Assembly: GCA_024679065.1 (NCBI GenBank)
Contig: JAGIQG010000007.1
Coordinates: 124,682,001 to 124,746,000 of the forward strand
Direction: 5' to 3'
From: Sphyrna mokarran
Taxonomy: Eukaryota
DNA length: 64,000 nt
Positions 39,477-50,444 of the stretch are shown here, in pieces. Under the pieces are notes generated by a model. It ran no database searches, was not told the origin of the DNA, and worked only from the letters and a program-made list of their open reading frames with translations. Both the position numbers and the translations under genes were made by a program. Within the stretch, counting starts at the first letter, position 1. Every line of letters starts with the position of its first letter.

Positions 39477-39588
39477 GGTCAGGATCTTCTGGGTGCTGCT
39501 GTGGTGAATGTGGCGATCCAGCTAAAAGTCCATTGACTTGGTTGGGACTGGAAGATCCCGTTAGTGGGCAGGACTGGAATACCTGGCC
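39477..39588. mobile_element. Short MITE
   Basis: TIRs ggtcaggatcttctgg and ctggaatacctggcc, with ttt on both flanks. Confidence 0.5.
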
Positions 39589-41048
39589 TTTGTTTAGTCT
39601 TTGCACTTTTTAATTTTGTTGCATATAAAATGTCATTCATGTTCTTCACAAAATTCATCAACTTTTTTTTTAGCAAATCCCATTTACAGTGTTTAAAGTG
39701 TATTTTAATTGTTTTTATACAATGGAGAAAATCAACTGAAAATCATATTTTTGGTTTTTGTTTGCATGACATGGTGCTTAACTTTGATTAGACAGTTTTG
39801 CTTCTGTGCATTAACATTTCATTTTCCTGGAGATTTAAAACCCGAATGCACCGTTGTGCCAACTTCTAGTAGACCACATTAATTTCACAAGAAGTGAGTG
39901 GTGTTCTTTTTGGTTTTGCTCCATTTTGAAAACCTCGGGGAGGGAAGTGACTTTCAGAAATCCTGAATGTGTGTTTGTGGTTTTTAATGCTGGCATACAG
40001 AAGCACTAATTAAGAACCAAATAGTCTGAATTGCAAAATTTGCTTATACCACAGGAGCATTTAAACTTCCCATTGTGGGCTAATTAGATGTACACATTTG
40101 TATTGCTGAACACTGGGAAGTGTTCTTGAAAGGACTATCAATGAGTTTAGAGAGGAGCCCTTGTTTGCTGTTTGATTGAGATACATTGTAATGAGTTAGT
40201 CTCGCTGCTGAGACACAGGCCTGGATTTGTTCCCAAGTCATTGGCACAATTGGAAGAATCCCTGTCTCCCCAAACTTTACCTTTAAAAATGGCTGCCCAG
40301 ACATTAGATTTTTGGTCTGGGGGCTGTGCTGGACTAAATTAAATTAGAAGTTGAGATGGATGGCTACACTAGAAGTGATGGATCTGTCATATGTAGACGC
40401 AAGGTGGGCAAAAACCCTGTGTTGCGACTTCAGCACTGTGTCCAGAAAAACATGAATTATGCTTTTAAAAAGGTCATCATGAAACATTCAGTCCTCACTC
40501 CCCACACATTCCCATGCCACATCCATGGTACCTCATGCCCTGTACCCATCCCCATGGTCTTTCGCACACTCCATGTCAAACTATGTTGCTATGCCCACTT
40601 CATGGATCTTTCTAGCATGTCAATTTAAGTGTCTGTACCCATTCCAAAGCACCTTAAGCCTCCATGCCAACTCATGTCAACCCGTGCATCCCACCCAAAA
40701 ACCTTCCATGTCAATTCACTCAGTATTAATCATGTCTTTATCATATACAGACTTCAAAGAGTCTGTAATCACTTAAAACCATCACACTGTGAAATAGCAA
40801 GCGCCCTATTGTGATAATGATGGTTGTGAAATCGGTCATGCAGCTGTAATTCTCACCCCTCAGGCTTATCTAAACGGACAGTGAAATAACAAGCAGATTT
40901 TTTTGAATACACCAGGCATCTTTTTTCCAAGATTTAAAGAGCAGGAGTTTTAAATGTCTTGACAGCTCCCTTTGATAGGTGCCTTTGATAATTCCTCTTG
41001 ATTGTGTTTATGACTGATTTTGTCAGATCTGTTGACACTTCAGGAGCT

Positions 41049-41097
41049 CATGCACATTTTAATACATGTTCATGCACATTTTAATACACATTCATGC
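41049..41097 (+). repeat. 22-bp tandem duplication
   Basis: tcatgcacattttaataca repeated twice, plus a partial third copy. Confidence 0.8.
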
Positions 41098-41199
41098 TTA
41101 AATTTAACACTTTCAAAGGAACCTGTCTTGCACAAGTGAATCTTACCTTATCCAAAATTGTCCTAGGACCAGATCAAAAGGTTAGTACCTTATTTCTTC

Positions 41200-41410
41200 A
41201 GAAAGATACCATAGGGTGGTTCGGGAGTGGAATGCCCTGCCTGCAGCAGTTGTGGATGCGCCAAGTTTGGTGGCGTTTAAGAGGTTAGTTGATAAGTATA
41301 TGGAAGAGAAGGGAATGGTTTAGTTTGGAGGGGCATTGCTTTTTATATTGGTCGGCACAACATCGAAGGCCGAAGGGCCTGTTCTGTGCTGTAGTGTTCT
41401 ATGTCCTATA
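41200..41410 (+). mobile_element. CR1 3' fragment
   Basis: agggtggttcgggagtggaatgccctgcc..gggcctgttctgtgctgtagtgttctatgtcctata. Confidence 0.85.
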
Positions 41411-42095
41411 GTATCCAAACAAAACTGCAAACTCTGACCTGATCCCACCAGAGCTAATCTACACACTCCAAGACTAGCAAAATCACTCTCAAGTGGGGAC
41501 AGCTCCCCATGTATGAAATGTGCTCTGCCTCTATTTCCACCGCTGGGAAATGGAGAAGGCTGCACTTCCCGTTACCACAACTGCAGTGGACATATTCATG
41601 AGACATGGAGTCACGGTGCCTGTGAAGTCAATGACAGCTACTGACTTAATCAAGGCATGGGTTGATCCAGAATATTCAGCAATGTAAAGAAATTTAATCA
41701 GGGTCACATCAATCAAATGTGTTTCTTTTCTTCCCCATGGTCAAGGGTTGCAGTTTTCACAGCATAGTGAACCCTCAAACGCCAATTAAAAAATGTTGGG
41801 ATTGTGATTGCAATTTGCTCATTACCTTATTTGTTGCCTCACTGCCTGCCACTCAAGTCCTGGATGATGGGCAAGGCCTGGAATATTTATTTGCTGCATC
41901 TCTCCACTGATACTGTGTCAGATTTGCTGAGTTTGTCCAGATTTTCTGCCAACAATGACACTGTGGGTGCAGCTAAGTTGAAAATAACTCAAAGCCAAGG
42001 TAAATCAGGAAGGGCAGCACAGTGACACAATGGTTAGCATTGAGTAAAGTTTTACAACACCAATTTTAAATCCAACCAATTTATTTGATAGTACA

Positions 42096-42132
42096 TCAGC
42101 GAGCTTTCGACTTTTTGTCTTCGTCAGGCAAA
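42096..42132 (-). ncRNA. Minimal type I hammerhead ribozyme motif (mirror copy)
   Basis: Minus strand tttgc-CTGACGA-a-gac(aaaaa)gtc-GAAA-gc-TC-gctga. Confidence 0.7.
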
Positions 42133-42157
42133 TGCAGTGTTCTGGTGTGCCACTACA

Positions 42158-42194
42158 TTTGCCTGACGAAGACGAAAAGTCGAAAGCTCGCTGA
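42158..42194 (+). ncRNA. Minimal type I hammerhead ribozyme motif
   Basis: tttgc-CTGACGA-a-gac(gaaaa)gtc-GAAA-gc-TC-gctga. Intact core, 3-bp stem II, palindromic AGCT stem III region; predicted cleavage after 42189. Confidence 0.7.
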
Positions 42195-43201
42195 TTTACT
42201 ATCAAATAAATTGGTTGGATTTAAAATTGGTGTTGTAAAACTTTACTGAGTTTACCCCAGTCCAATGCCGGCATCTCTACATCATAGCATTGAGTGTCAG
42301 AGACCCAGGTTCATCTCAGCCTCAGGTGACTTTTGCACTTTCTCCTCTGTCTGCATGGGTTTCCTCCCAGTGCTCCAGTTTCCTCCCACAGTCCAAAGGT
42401 GTGCCGGTTAGATGGATTGACCATGCTAAAAATAGTAGGGATTAGTAGAGTAAATACGTGGGTTTCTGCGGGATGGGGGCTGAGTTGTCAGTGCATGTTC
42501 TATGGGCTCAATGACCTCTGTAGGGATTCTATGATTATAGTCATTGTTGTTGACTATTCATTTTTCAAATGCTGATAATTGCGGGAAATAGGAGAGACTG
42601 AGGACAATGAGCAATGCTGCAGAATGTGCAGTTCTCTGTTATAGAGTGAGTGGATGTTGGAGGGATGGGGATGATGGCTGGGTAGTGAGGTTAAGGGGAG
42701 AATTTTGAGACATCACTGATGTAGTTCATCAAATAGGAGATACATAATCCATCATGCTCACTGACAGTTCATCAAGTATTCTGTAACACTGTTCAGAAAA
42801 CAAAACAGAGAATTTTGTTTCTATCCACAAATTTCACCTGGAATATGAAATTATTTTCCTAACCTTAGAGTTGAGCACCAATCTTCGACCTGGCATTTCC
42901 AACATGTAAGGAATCTCCAGTGTTTGTAATGTATGTCAGAAGTGTGAGATTACTTTATGCAAATGTTTTCAAGATTTAAAATAAAGAGGAGAATCATGGT
43001 CAATGTTTCAGGAACAACATATGTTCCTGAAAAACATTACAAAGGTCATCCTTCAGTTAGAATGTATTTGATACACTGCTTATAAAATTGTATTAGCTAT
43101 CAATCCATTCTACTGGGCAAGACTACGCACCAACATTTTCACTGAAAAATTATATGAAGGTAAGCTTATTAATATTTATCTTCTGTAACCAAACTACTAT
43201 T

Positions 43202-43528
43202 AACATAGAACATAGAAAATTACAGCATAAACAGCCCCTATGGCCCACAAGTTGCGCCGATCATATCCCTATCTACGAGGCCTATCTATAACTGTCAATC
43301 CCATTAAATTCCATGTACTCATCCAGAAGTCTCTTAAAAGACCCCAGCAAGTTTGCCTCCACCATCACCAACGGCAGCCAATTCCACTCACCCACCACCC
43401 TCTGAGTGAAAAACTTACCCCTGACATCTCCTCTGTACCTGCTCCCCAGCACCTTAAACCTGTGTCCTCTCATAGTGACAATTTCAGCCCTGGAAAAAAG
43501 CCTCTGATCTATACCTCTCAACATCTTA
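43202..43528 (-). mobile_element. Young CR1 3' fragment
   Basis: ORF 43282-43578 KMLRGIDQRLFSRAE..RGHRFKVLGSRYRGDVRGKFFTQRVVGEWNWLP; tail (ttctatg) repeats. Confidence 0.92.
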
Positions 43529-43902
43529 TTAAAACTGAATGGAGAAATTATTTTTAATCCCAGTGAATGGAATTGCACTTGAGATCAATGTTAGCACTAG
43601 TATCATCTACCCACATTAATTTTCCCAAAATGAATGAAACTTATTAAAAACAATTAACAGACAAAAGCAACATTCAGACAAAGTATAACGGGAAAGAGTA
43701 GTTAATGATCTTGAATGATTGGATATGCAGAACTGTTGCCAAAACCAGTTCTGAGAAATCAGTAAAATACTCCATTATCAAAGTTAACCTGAACATTTGC
43801 TATTTCTCTCGATTGTTCTTGATATTTAAAGCATAAACACAGGAAGTTTCACTGAACATTTTCTGACTATCCAGCTTGGATAAATGACTGCAGGTTTTTT
43901 GG

Positions 43903-44207
43903 AATCAAAGAGCCCTTACAGTACAGAAAGAGGGCATTTGACCCACCGAGCCTGCACCAACAACAATCCCACTAAAGCTCTATCCCTGTTTCCTCACATA
44001 CTTACCCTGATATTCCCCCAGACACTAAGAGGCACTTTAGCATGGCCAATCAATCTAATTTGCACATCTTTGGATTGTGGGAGGAAACCCATGCAGACAC
44101 AGGGAGAATGTGCAGACTCCACACAGACAGTGACCCAAGATCAGAATTGTCCTGGGACCCTGGCGCTGTCAAGTAGCAATGCTAACCACTGTGACACCAT
44201 GCCACCC
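43903..44207 (-). mobile_element. HE1-type V-SINE, CR1-type tail
   Basis: Same architecture as 5644-5960. Confidence 0.88.
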
Positions 44208-45509
44208 ATAAATTAGTCATCAGTTGTATGCTTCAATAATTGTAGATACATCTTTATATTTTATCAGTTGTGAGAATGAAGCATCACTAGAATCGCATTT
44301 CAATAGCTGGCTATTTCACTTGTTGCCTGTGTAATACAGTAATCTTTAATGCCACATTACAGCTGAACAAAGTTTATCTGATATCACTCTTTTAAAGCTT
44401 GCACTGTATAATGTGATTTATTTTGCAATATTTTCATGTCTTTGTAGCCTAAGGTAAAAAGCAATTCTCACAGCTCTATATCCTTTGCCATATCTCACAA
44501 AACTTTAAAAGTCAAGCAGAATGATTATTACCTTGAAATATTGCTGCAATAAGAGAGCGTTTTCTACTTAACATGCATTGACTTAATCAATTCAACGCTA
44601 TATATACTTGGCAAAATTATTATACCCCCGCTTGAATGCTGAATTTTACTTTGTCCGAACAATGTGCTCGTCAAGTAGCCTGCTGCTTTCCTTTTAAATA
44701 TTGCAGGAAATTATATACATCTTAAGAGACTAAGACGAGACTTCATTTGTGCAATTTTTGTCACTGTTAAGTGATGATGCTGAAGGCACTGAAAAAAAAT
44801 CAATTTTATTCGGTGAGGTGAAGAAGAGGTTATAGCTGCCAAATGACTGTTCAGAATACAATTTAAATATATTTCCAATTCATTCCTGCAGCATCGTTGT
44901 TTGATTGGAGCAGTAAAAAGGAATAGTGCAAGTTTCACAGGAAAGGCTGCTCCCTCACTCTCCTGAAGATGGTAAATAGATGGCAGTCTTGTAAAATATT
45001 CAAACTTGGGGATTTTTGTACAGTCATGGGATCTACCTTAAACTAAGTCATATCTCTGAGACCGCTTTTCTAACACCAATGATTTAATGATCGCAATAAG
45101 GATAAATGATGGAGGCCCTCTGGTCTATCCCGCTGACCCTTCCATTCGAGAATCCATGTGACAGGAGAATCGAAGAGTCTCCTACTTAAAATTTACATTC
45201 ACACCAAATGAATACAACTTGTCTCAGACTTGTGACAATGGGAGCAGAGGAAATAGTTAAATAAAATCATGATGGTCGGTTTAGATACCACTAAATTCTA
45301 CCAGCAACATCTGTTGTACTAAGACTATTGAATAACATCGCTCAAAAGTAAAATGCAGTCACTGCTCTCTCTTCGCTGTAGATGAATTGTACTGAATGCT
45401 TTGCATGTTTTATAATCCCAAGTGAGCAGTATGAAATAATTTTAGATTAAGAAATATTATGAGACATACTTTTATATTTAGTTATTATAGTTGTGCTCAA
45501 TAAATAAGG

Positions 45510-45722
45510 TATCAGCTTTGGCTGAGCATGAACATCATTGCCTCTGTCTCAAGTGGTTATGCATTCAAATCCCAGGCTACAGGTTTATGCAGCTGATGCT
45601 TCAATGTAGTATTTGGGTAGGTGCCTGGATTGTCACAGATGTTGTCATTTACATGAGACAATACACTCTCTCTGATGGTCATCAAGGATTGCTTCACATT
45701 AAGGAACGGCAAGGGGCTCTCT
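45510..45722 (+). mobile_element. Decayed DeuSINE (SacSINE1-like)
   Basis: tRNA-like head (tggctgag..ttcaaatccc) followed by a Deu-like body. Confidence 0.45.
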
Positions 45723-45734
45723 TTTGAAAGATAA

Positions 45735-45913
45735 AATTGTACCCGCCTCGCCTGCCACCTCTGGCAGCTTGTTCCAGACACTCAACACCCTCTGTGTGAA
45801 AAATTGCCCCTCTGATGCTTTTGTATCTCTCCCCTCTCACATTAAACCCATGGCCTCTAGTTTTAGACTCCCCTACCTTTGGGAAAAGATATTGACTATC
45901 TACCTTGTCTATG
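45735..45913 (-). mobile_element. CR1 3' fragment
   Basis: Near reverse complement of 46410-46600 (tagttttagactcccctacctttgggaaaagatattgact). Confidence 0.85.
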
Positions 45914-46324
45914 CAAGATGTGATGCAAGAATTTTTTTTTTTTACACAGGATGTACCCTGAATTTATATAATTAATTATAACATTTGCAATTTAATTTAA
46001 CGCCCTTTAAATAAGCTTTTACTTGCATTTTAATTGTTGTCCATTAACTTAAAGTAATGTCTATAAAGGACCCCTACGTTTCTCCACTGAGCTAAAGTTC
46101 CAGCTTTTCCCAATGTGAAAAAAACCCTGATGTTTGAGTTCAAAGTGCACAAGCTCACACTTGCTCACGTTGCATCCCATCTGCGAACGTTTTGCCCACT
46201 TACTTAATACATTACTGTCCGTTTGCAATTTACTGCTCCTGACTACTGTGCCATGTGTTGGTGTCATCAGCAAACGTAGACATATAGTCCTCTATTCTTC
46301 CAGCTCAGTCATTTATATCTATAA

Positions 46325-48110
46325 TGAAAATAGAATTGCCATTTCCAGGTGCTACATTCCGCAACAAACGACTCAATGTGTAAAAAAGTTTCTTCTTGCA
46401 TCACATCTTACATAGACAAGGTAGACAGTCAATATCTTTTCCCAAAGGTAGGGGAGTCTAAAACTAGAGGCCATAGGTTTAAGGTGAGAGGAGAGAGACA
46501 CAAAAGAGCCCAGAGGAGCAATTTTTCACACAGAGGGTGCTGAGTGTCTTGAAGAAGCTGCCAGAGGTAGTCGTAGAGGCAGGTACAATTTTATCTTTTG
46601 AAAAGCATTTTGATAGTTACATGGGTACGAAGGTATAGAGAGATATTGTCCAAGTACGGGCAATTGGGACTAGCTGATGGGTTTTAAAAATAAGGGCAGC
46701 ATGGACAAATTGGGCTAAGAGGCTTGTTTCCATGCTGTAAACCTCTAGGACTCTATAACATTTAGGTCTTTCACAAATCACTTTATATCTGAGACCTTTT
46801 TTTCTCTTGGTCCATTTACAAGCAGCAACACTTTCTTCCTATCTACTCTATCCAGCCCACTCATGATTTTGAACATCTCTATCATAAGCTCTCTTAGTCT
46901 TTTTCTCTTCGAAGAGAACAGTCCTAACCTCTTCAATTTGTCCCCCACCTGGAACCATACTTGTAAATCTCTTCTGCACTTTGTCCAACATGTTCACGTC
47001 TTTCCAATGGTTTGGTGCCCAGAAGTATGCGCAATACTCCTGTGATGTATAGATTGTGTAAGTTTAGCATAACATCCTTGATTTGCACTCTACATCCCTT
47101 TTAATAAAACCCGGAATACTATATGCTTTGTCAACTGCTCTGTCCACTTTTCCTGCTTTGCTATCTCAATAATCTAGGCACATGGATACCTGGGTCCTTC
47201 TGCTCCTACACCGCCTCATTTTATCTTGTCTATCTGTGTTCTTCCTAACAAAATGCATCATCTCACACTGCGCTGCATTGAACGTTATCAGCCACATTTC
47301 TGCCCACTTGATCAACTTTTCTCTGTCCTTTTGAATTTCTAAACTGCTCTTTTCATAGTTTACAAGCTTCCAAGTTTTGTGTCATCTGCAGATTTTGAAA
47401 TTTCCCTGTGCACACCAAGGTCTAGATCTTTAAGATGTACCAGGAAAAGGAAGGATCCTGATACTGAGCCCTGGAGAACACTGTAACAAACCTCATTGAC
47501 CATTACTCTCTGTTTCCTATTACTCAGCCAATATTGTATCCATGTTGCCATTGTCTCTTTTATTCCATGACCTATGATTTTCCTCACATGCTTTGTTCTG
47601 TGGCATTGTATCAAATGTGTTTTGAACATCCAAGTACATCACGTTAATAGTATTGCACTCATCAATCCTTTTTGTTATTCATTCAGAAGTTATTTAAACA
47701 TGATTTTCCTCTTAAAAATCCAGACTGGCTCATGTGACTATTAATTTTATTCTGAATACCTGTTTCTAGAAGCTTCCACACCACTGAAGTTAAACCAATG
47801 GTCTGTAATTGCTGGGCCTATCCTTACAACATTTTTGAAGAAAAATATGCAATTTTCCAGTTCTCTGGTACCTTCTCTGAATCTAGACAAGACTGAAAAA
47901 TAATTGCCCTGCAATTTCCACTCTCATTCCTGCAATGTCCTTGGATACATCTCAACAAGACCCAGTGTCTTGTCAACTTTAAGTACCAACAGTCTATCCA
48001 ACACTTACTCATGAACAACTTTGACCTTTTCTAGTGACAGTTTCCTCCTTTGTTACTGTGGCCCAGATAGCATCTACCTCCTAGTAAAGATAGGTACAAA
48101 ATATTAATTT
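46325..48110 (-). mobile_element. Older CR1 ORF2 (RT) remnant, interrupted by a younger CR1 at 46410-46757
   Basis: ORF 47360-47629 HGIKETMATWIQYWLSNRKQRVMVN..VLQGSVSG..ISKSADDTKLG; ORF 47824-48018 IFQSCLDSEKVPENWKIA. Confidence 0.85.
46410..46757 (+). mobile_element. CR1 3' fragment
   Basis: DKVDSQYLFPKVGESKTRGHRFKVRGER; tail ccatgctgtaaacctctaggactcta. Confidence 0.9.
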
Positions 48111-48329
48111 GGTACCTTACCTAAGCTTGTTGTAATGGGTTTTGAACAAGTGATGAAGGGAATAAAGAAAAAAAGGGAAGATCTGTGATAGCACACACCG
48201 CAAGATACCTTAATTCATCAAGTGTTCCATGGATCAAAAAGGGACTAAAGGAACAATATATATGCATGATGAGGTATGAATTGCTGTTTCTCAGTTACCC
48301 AAGTGTTCAGTAAAGGAACAAAAAAACTG

Positions 48330-48715
48330 GCAAAAATAAAACGTGAAACAAAATGAAGATAGAAATTATGATTGAAAATTGTTCATCTCTATGTTGAGTC
48401 CAGAAGGCATTGAGTGCCGATTTGGAAGATGAAATACTCTTCCGAATGCTTCTGTGACAGGCCAAGGGTGGAAAGGTCAGAGTGAGAGAAGTAGGGAATT
48501 AAAATAGTAAACAAGAGAAATCCCGAGGTCGTGTTTGGAGACTGAAAAGAAGTGTTCCATGAAGTGGTCACCCCGATTATATTTGATCCTCCCTGTTGCA
48601 GAGAAGACCACACCGTGAGCAGCAAATGCAGCATAGTAAATTGAAAGAAATATTAGTAACTCATTGTTTTAATCGGAAAGATCTTTGGATCGGAGAAGGG
48701 CATCAGTAAAAGGCA
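48330..48715 (-). mobile_element. Decayed Penelope-like element, GIY-YIG region
   Basis: Minus-strand NLLCCICCSRCGLL and EEYFIFQIGT resemble PLE endonuclease motifs, as at ~18 kb. Confidence 0.6.
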
Positions 48716-48849
48716 GGTCTTCTGTCAACTATCAAGTCACAAGTGTGATGGGATTGCTTGGATGAGTTAGGCTACGACACTCAAAGTTCAACATCATCCA
48801 AGACAAGGCAGTCTACTTGATTAGCACTCTATCCACCACCTTCGATGGG

Positions 48850-50330
48850 GAAGTTTTTGTTGAGTTAGAGTTTCTGGCCAGCTGAATCTCAGGAGTTCAA
48901 TTGAAGGGAAGCAAAATCTCAAGTTGAGTAGGACAGAGTTAACTTTGGTTGTGCCAGTTTTAAAATGAGGCAAGTTTTGGGTCCTCCATGACTTGATAAT
49001 GTCAGACAGCACAGTGTCAGTGAGGAAGATGTGAACTGGTTTATTCAGCAAGTGCATGGATGCTAATATGTTGAATGTCTCTGAGCAGAAAAATGGCAAC
49101 AAGAATGATGCAAGCATGCAGGTGGGCATTTAGTCACTATCAAGACACACAAGGCTATGGGGCAAGTGCTGGAAATGGGATTAAGAATCCCACTTAATAC
49201 TGCAACTTTCTAAGACCCTTGTCAGATCCCACTTGGAGTACTGTGTGCAGTTCTGGTCACCTCACTACAAGAATGATGTGGAAGCTATTGAGAGGGTGCA
49301 GAAGAGATTTATAAGGATGTTGCCTGGATTGGGTGGCATGCCTTATGAGGATAGATTGAGGGAGCTTGATCTTTTCTCGCTGGAGAGATGACGGATGAGA
49401 GACAACCTGATAGAGGTTTATGAGATGTTGAGGGGTACAGATCGGGTGGATTTTCAAAGGCTATTTCCCAGGGCTGAAATGGTTGCTACGAGAGGACATA
49501 GGTTTAAGGTGCTGGGGAGCAAGTACAGAGGAGATGTCAGGGGTAGGTTTTTCATTCAGAGGGTGGTGGGTGTATAGAATCGGCTGTTGTCGATGGTGGT
49601 GGAGGCGAACTCGTTGGGGTCTTTTAAGAGATTTTGGATGAATACGTGGGATTTAAAGGGATTGAGGGTTATAGATAGGCCTGGTAGGTAGGAATATGAT
49701 TGGTGCAACTTGTGGGCCGAAGGGCCTGTTTGTGTGTAGTGTTCCATGTTCTATGTTAAGAATAGTTAGGTGATTTATATTTGACTGACACTCTCACTAT
49801 GGACCGAAGGATCTTTTTCTGTGCTGTGTCCTTGTATAAGCATGTCGGCTGGAGGAAAAGCTACTTAGAAAACACACTGGTTAAGCAGGATTCCAACCAG
49901 GTGATTGCAGTGCCACAAGAGTATGAAATTAGGAAAAACGACAATGGAGGGTGGCAAAGCCAACTGTGTTGAAAGGTCCAAGAAGACGGTGAGGGATAAC
50001 TCTCCACTTGGAGCAATCAGGATTGAAAATGGATGGACTCCATGTTGTGGACAGGGATAACTGGACCAAAGATATTTGAAGAAAGGTAAATGAGTGAAAA
50101 GTTGGGGTAGCAAAGTAAAGGCAACAGCCAAGTATGGCATCTGATCGGTTGTATAGACATTCTTCTTTTTTGTTTGTTGAATCAGGCTGTAAAGAGATTT
50201 CGAGGATAGGTAGGGTGGAATTTTTTCGACATCCATCTGCAAGAACCAATATCTGAAACGACAGAGGAAGCAACTATTGCAGTTCAGACTCATTCTTGTC
50301 ATCACTGAAGAACAATACACAAATACTGCC
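48850..50330 (-). mobile_element. Old L2 RT remnant with nested CR1 pieces
   Basis: GELSLTVFLDLS (ORF 49865-50350) and VLSDIIKSWRTQNL (ORF 48821-49129) resemble L2 RT motifs. Confidence 0.55.
49211..49757 (+). mobile_element. Young CR1 3' fragment
   Basis: LVRSHLEYCVQFWSP..ERVQKRF..RDNLIEVYEMLRGTDRVD..TRGHRFKV; tail gttccatgttctatg. Confidence 0.92.
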
Positions 50331-50444
50331 TGCCTGACTTCAACCAACATATTTTATATACTGGCCTTTCCTTCAGCTTACACATTCATTTCAGTCGAGC
50401 CCAATAATTCTGCCTGCCCCTTCCTATTCCTTGCCACTTAATAA

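Larger units (their letters stand above)
42043..42284 (+). mobile_element. Fold-back (palindromic) Penelope-like pLTR insertion with two hammerhead motifs
   Basis: 97-bp inverted arms 42043-42139 and 42151-42247 with 3 mismatches, an 11-nt spacer, and a 37-nt tail. Perfect 11-bp TSD tagcattgagt at 42035-42045 and 42285-42295. Confidence 0.88.
42012..42536 (+). mobile_element. HE1-type V-SINE interrupted in its head by a PLE palindrome
   Basis: Head gggcagcacagtgacacaatggttagc; the body resumes after 42295; tail ctgtagggattctatgatt. Confidence 0.85.

Noticed and set aside
41143-41190. 16-nt exon-like unit on the minus strand
   Set aside because: Not frame-preserving, abuts a CR1 insertion, and has no other support.
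44430-44560. Possible 6-nt (+) and 12-nt (-) microexons
   Set aside because: Donors are weaker (gtaaaa, gtaata), the two are on opposite strands, and such AG..GT pairs are expected by chance.
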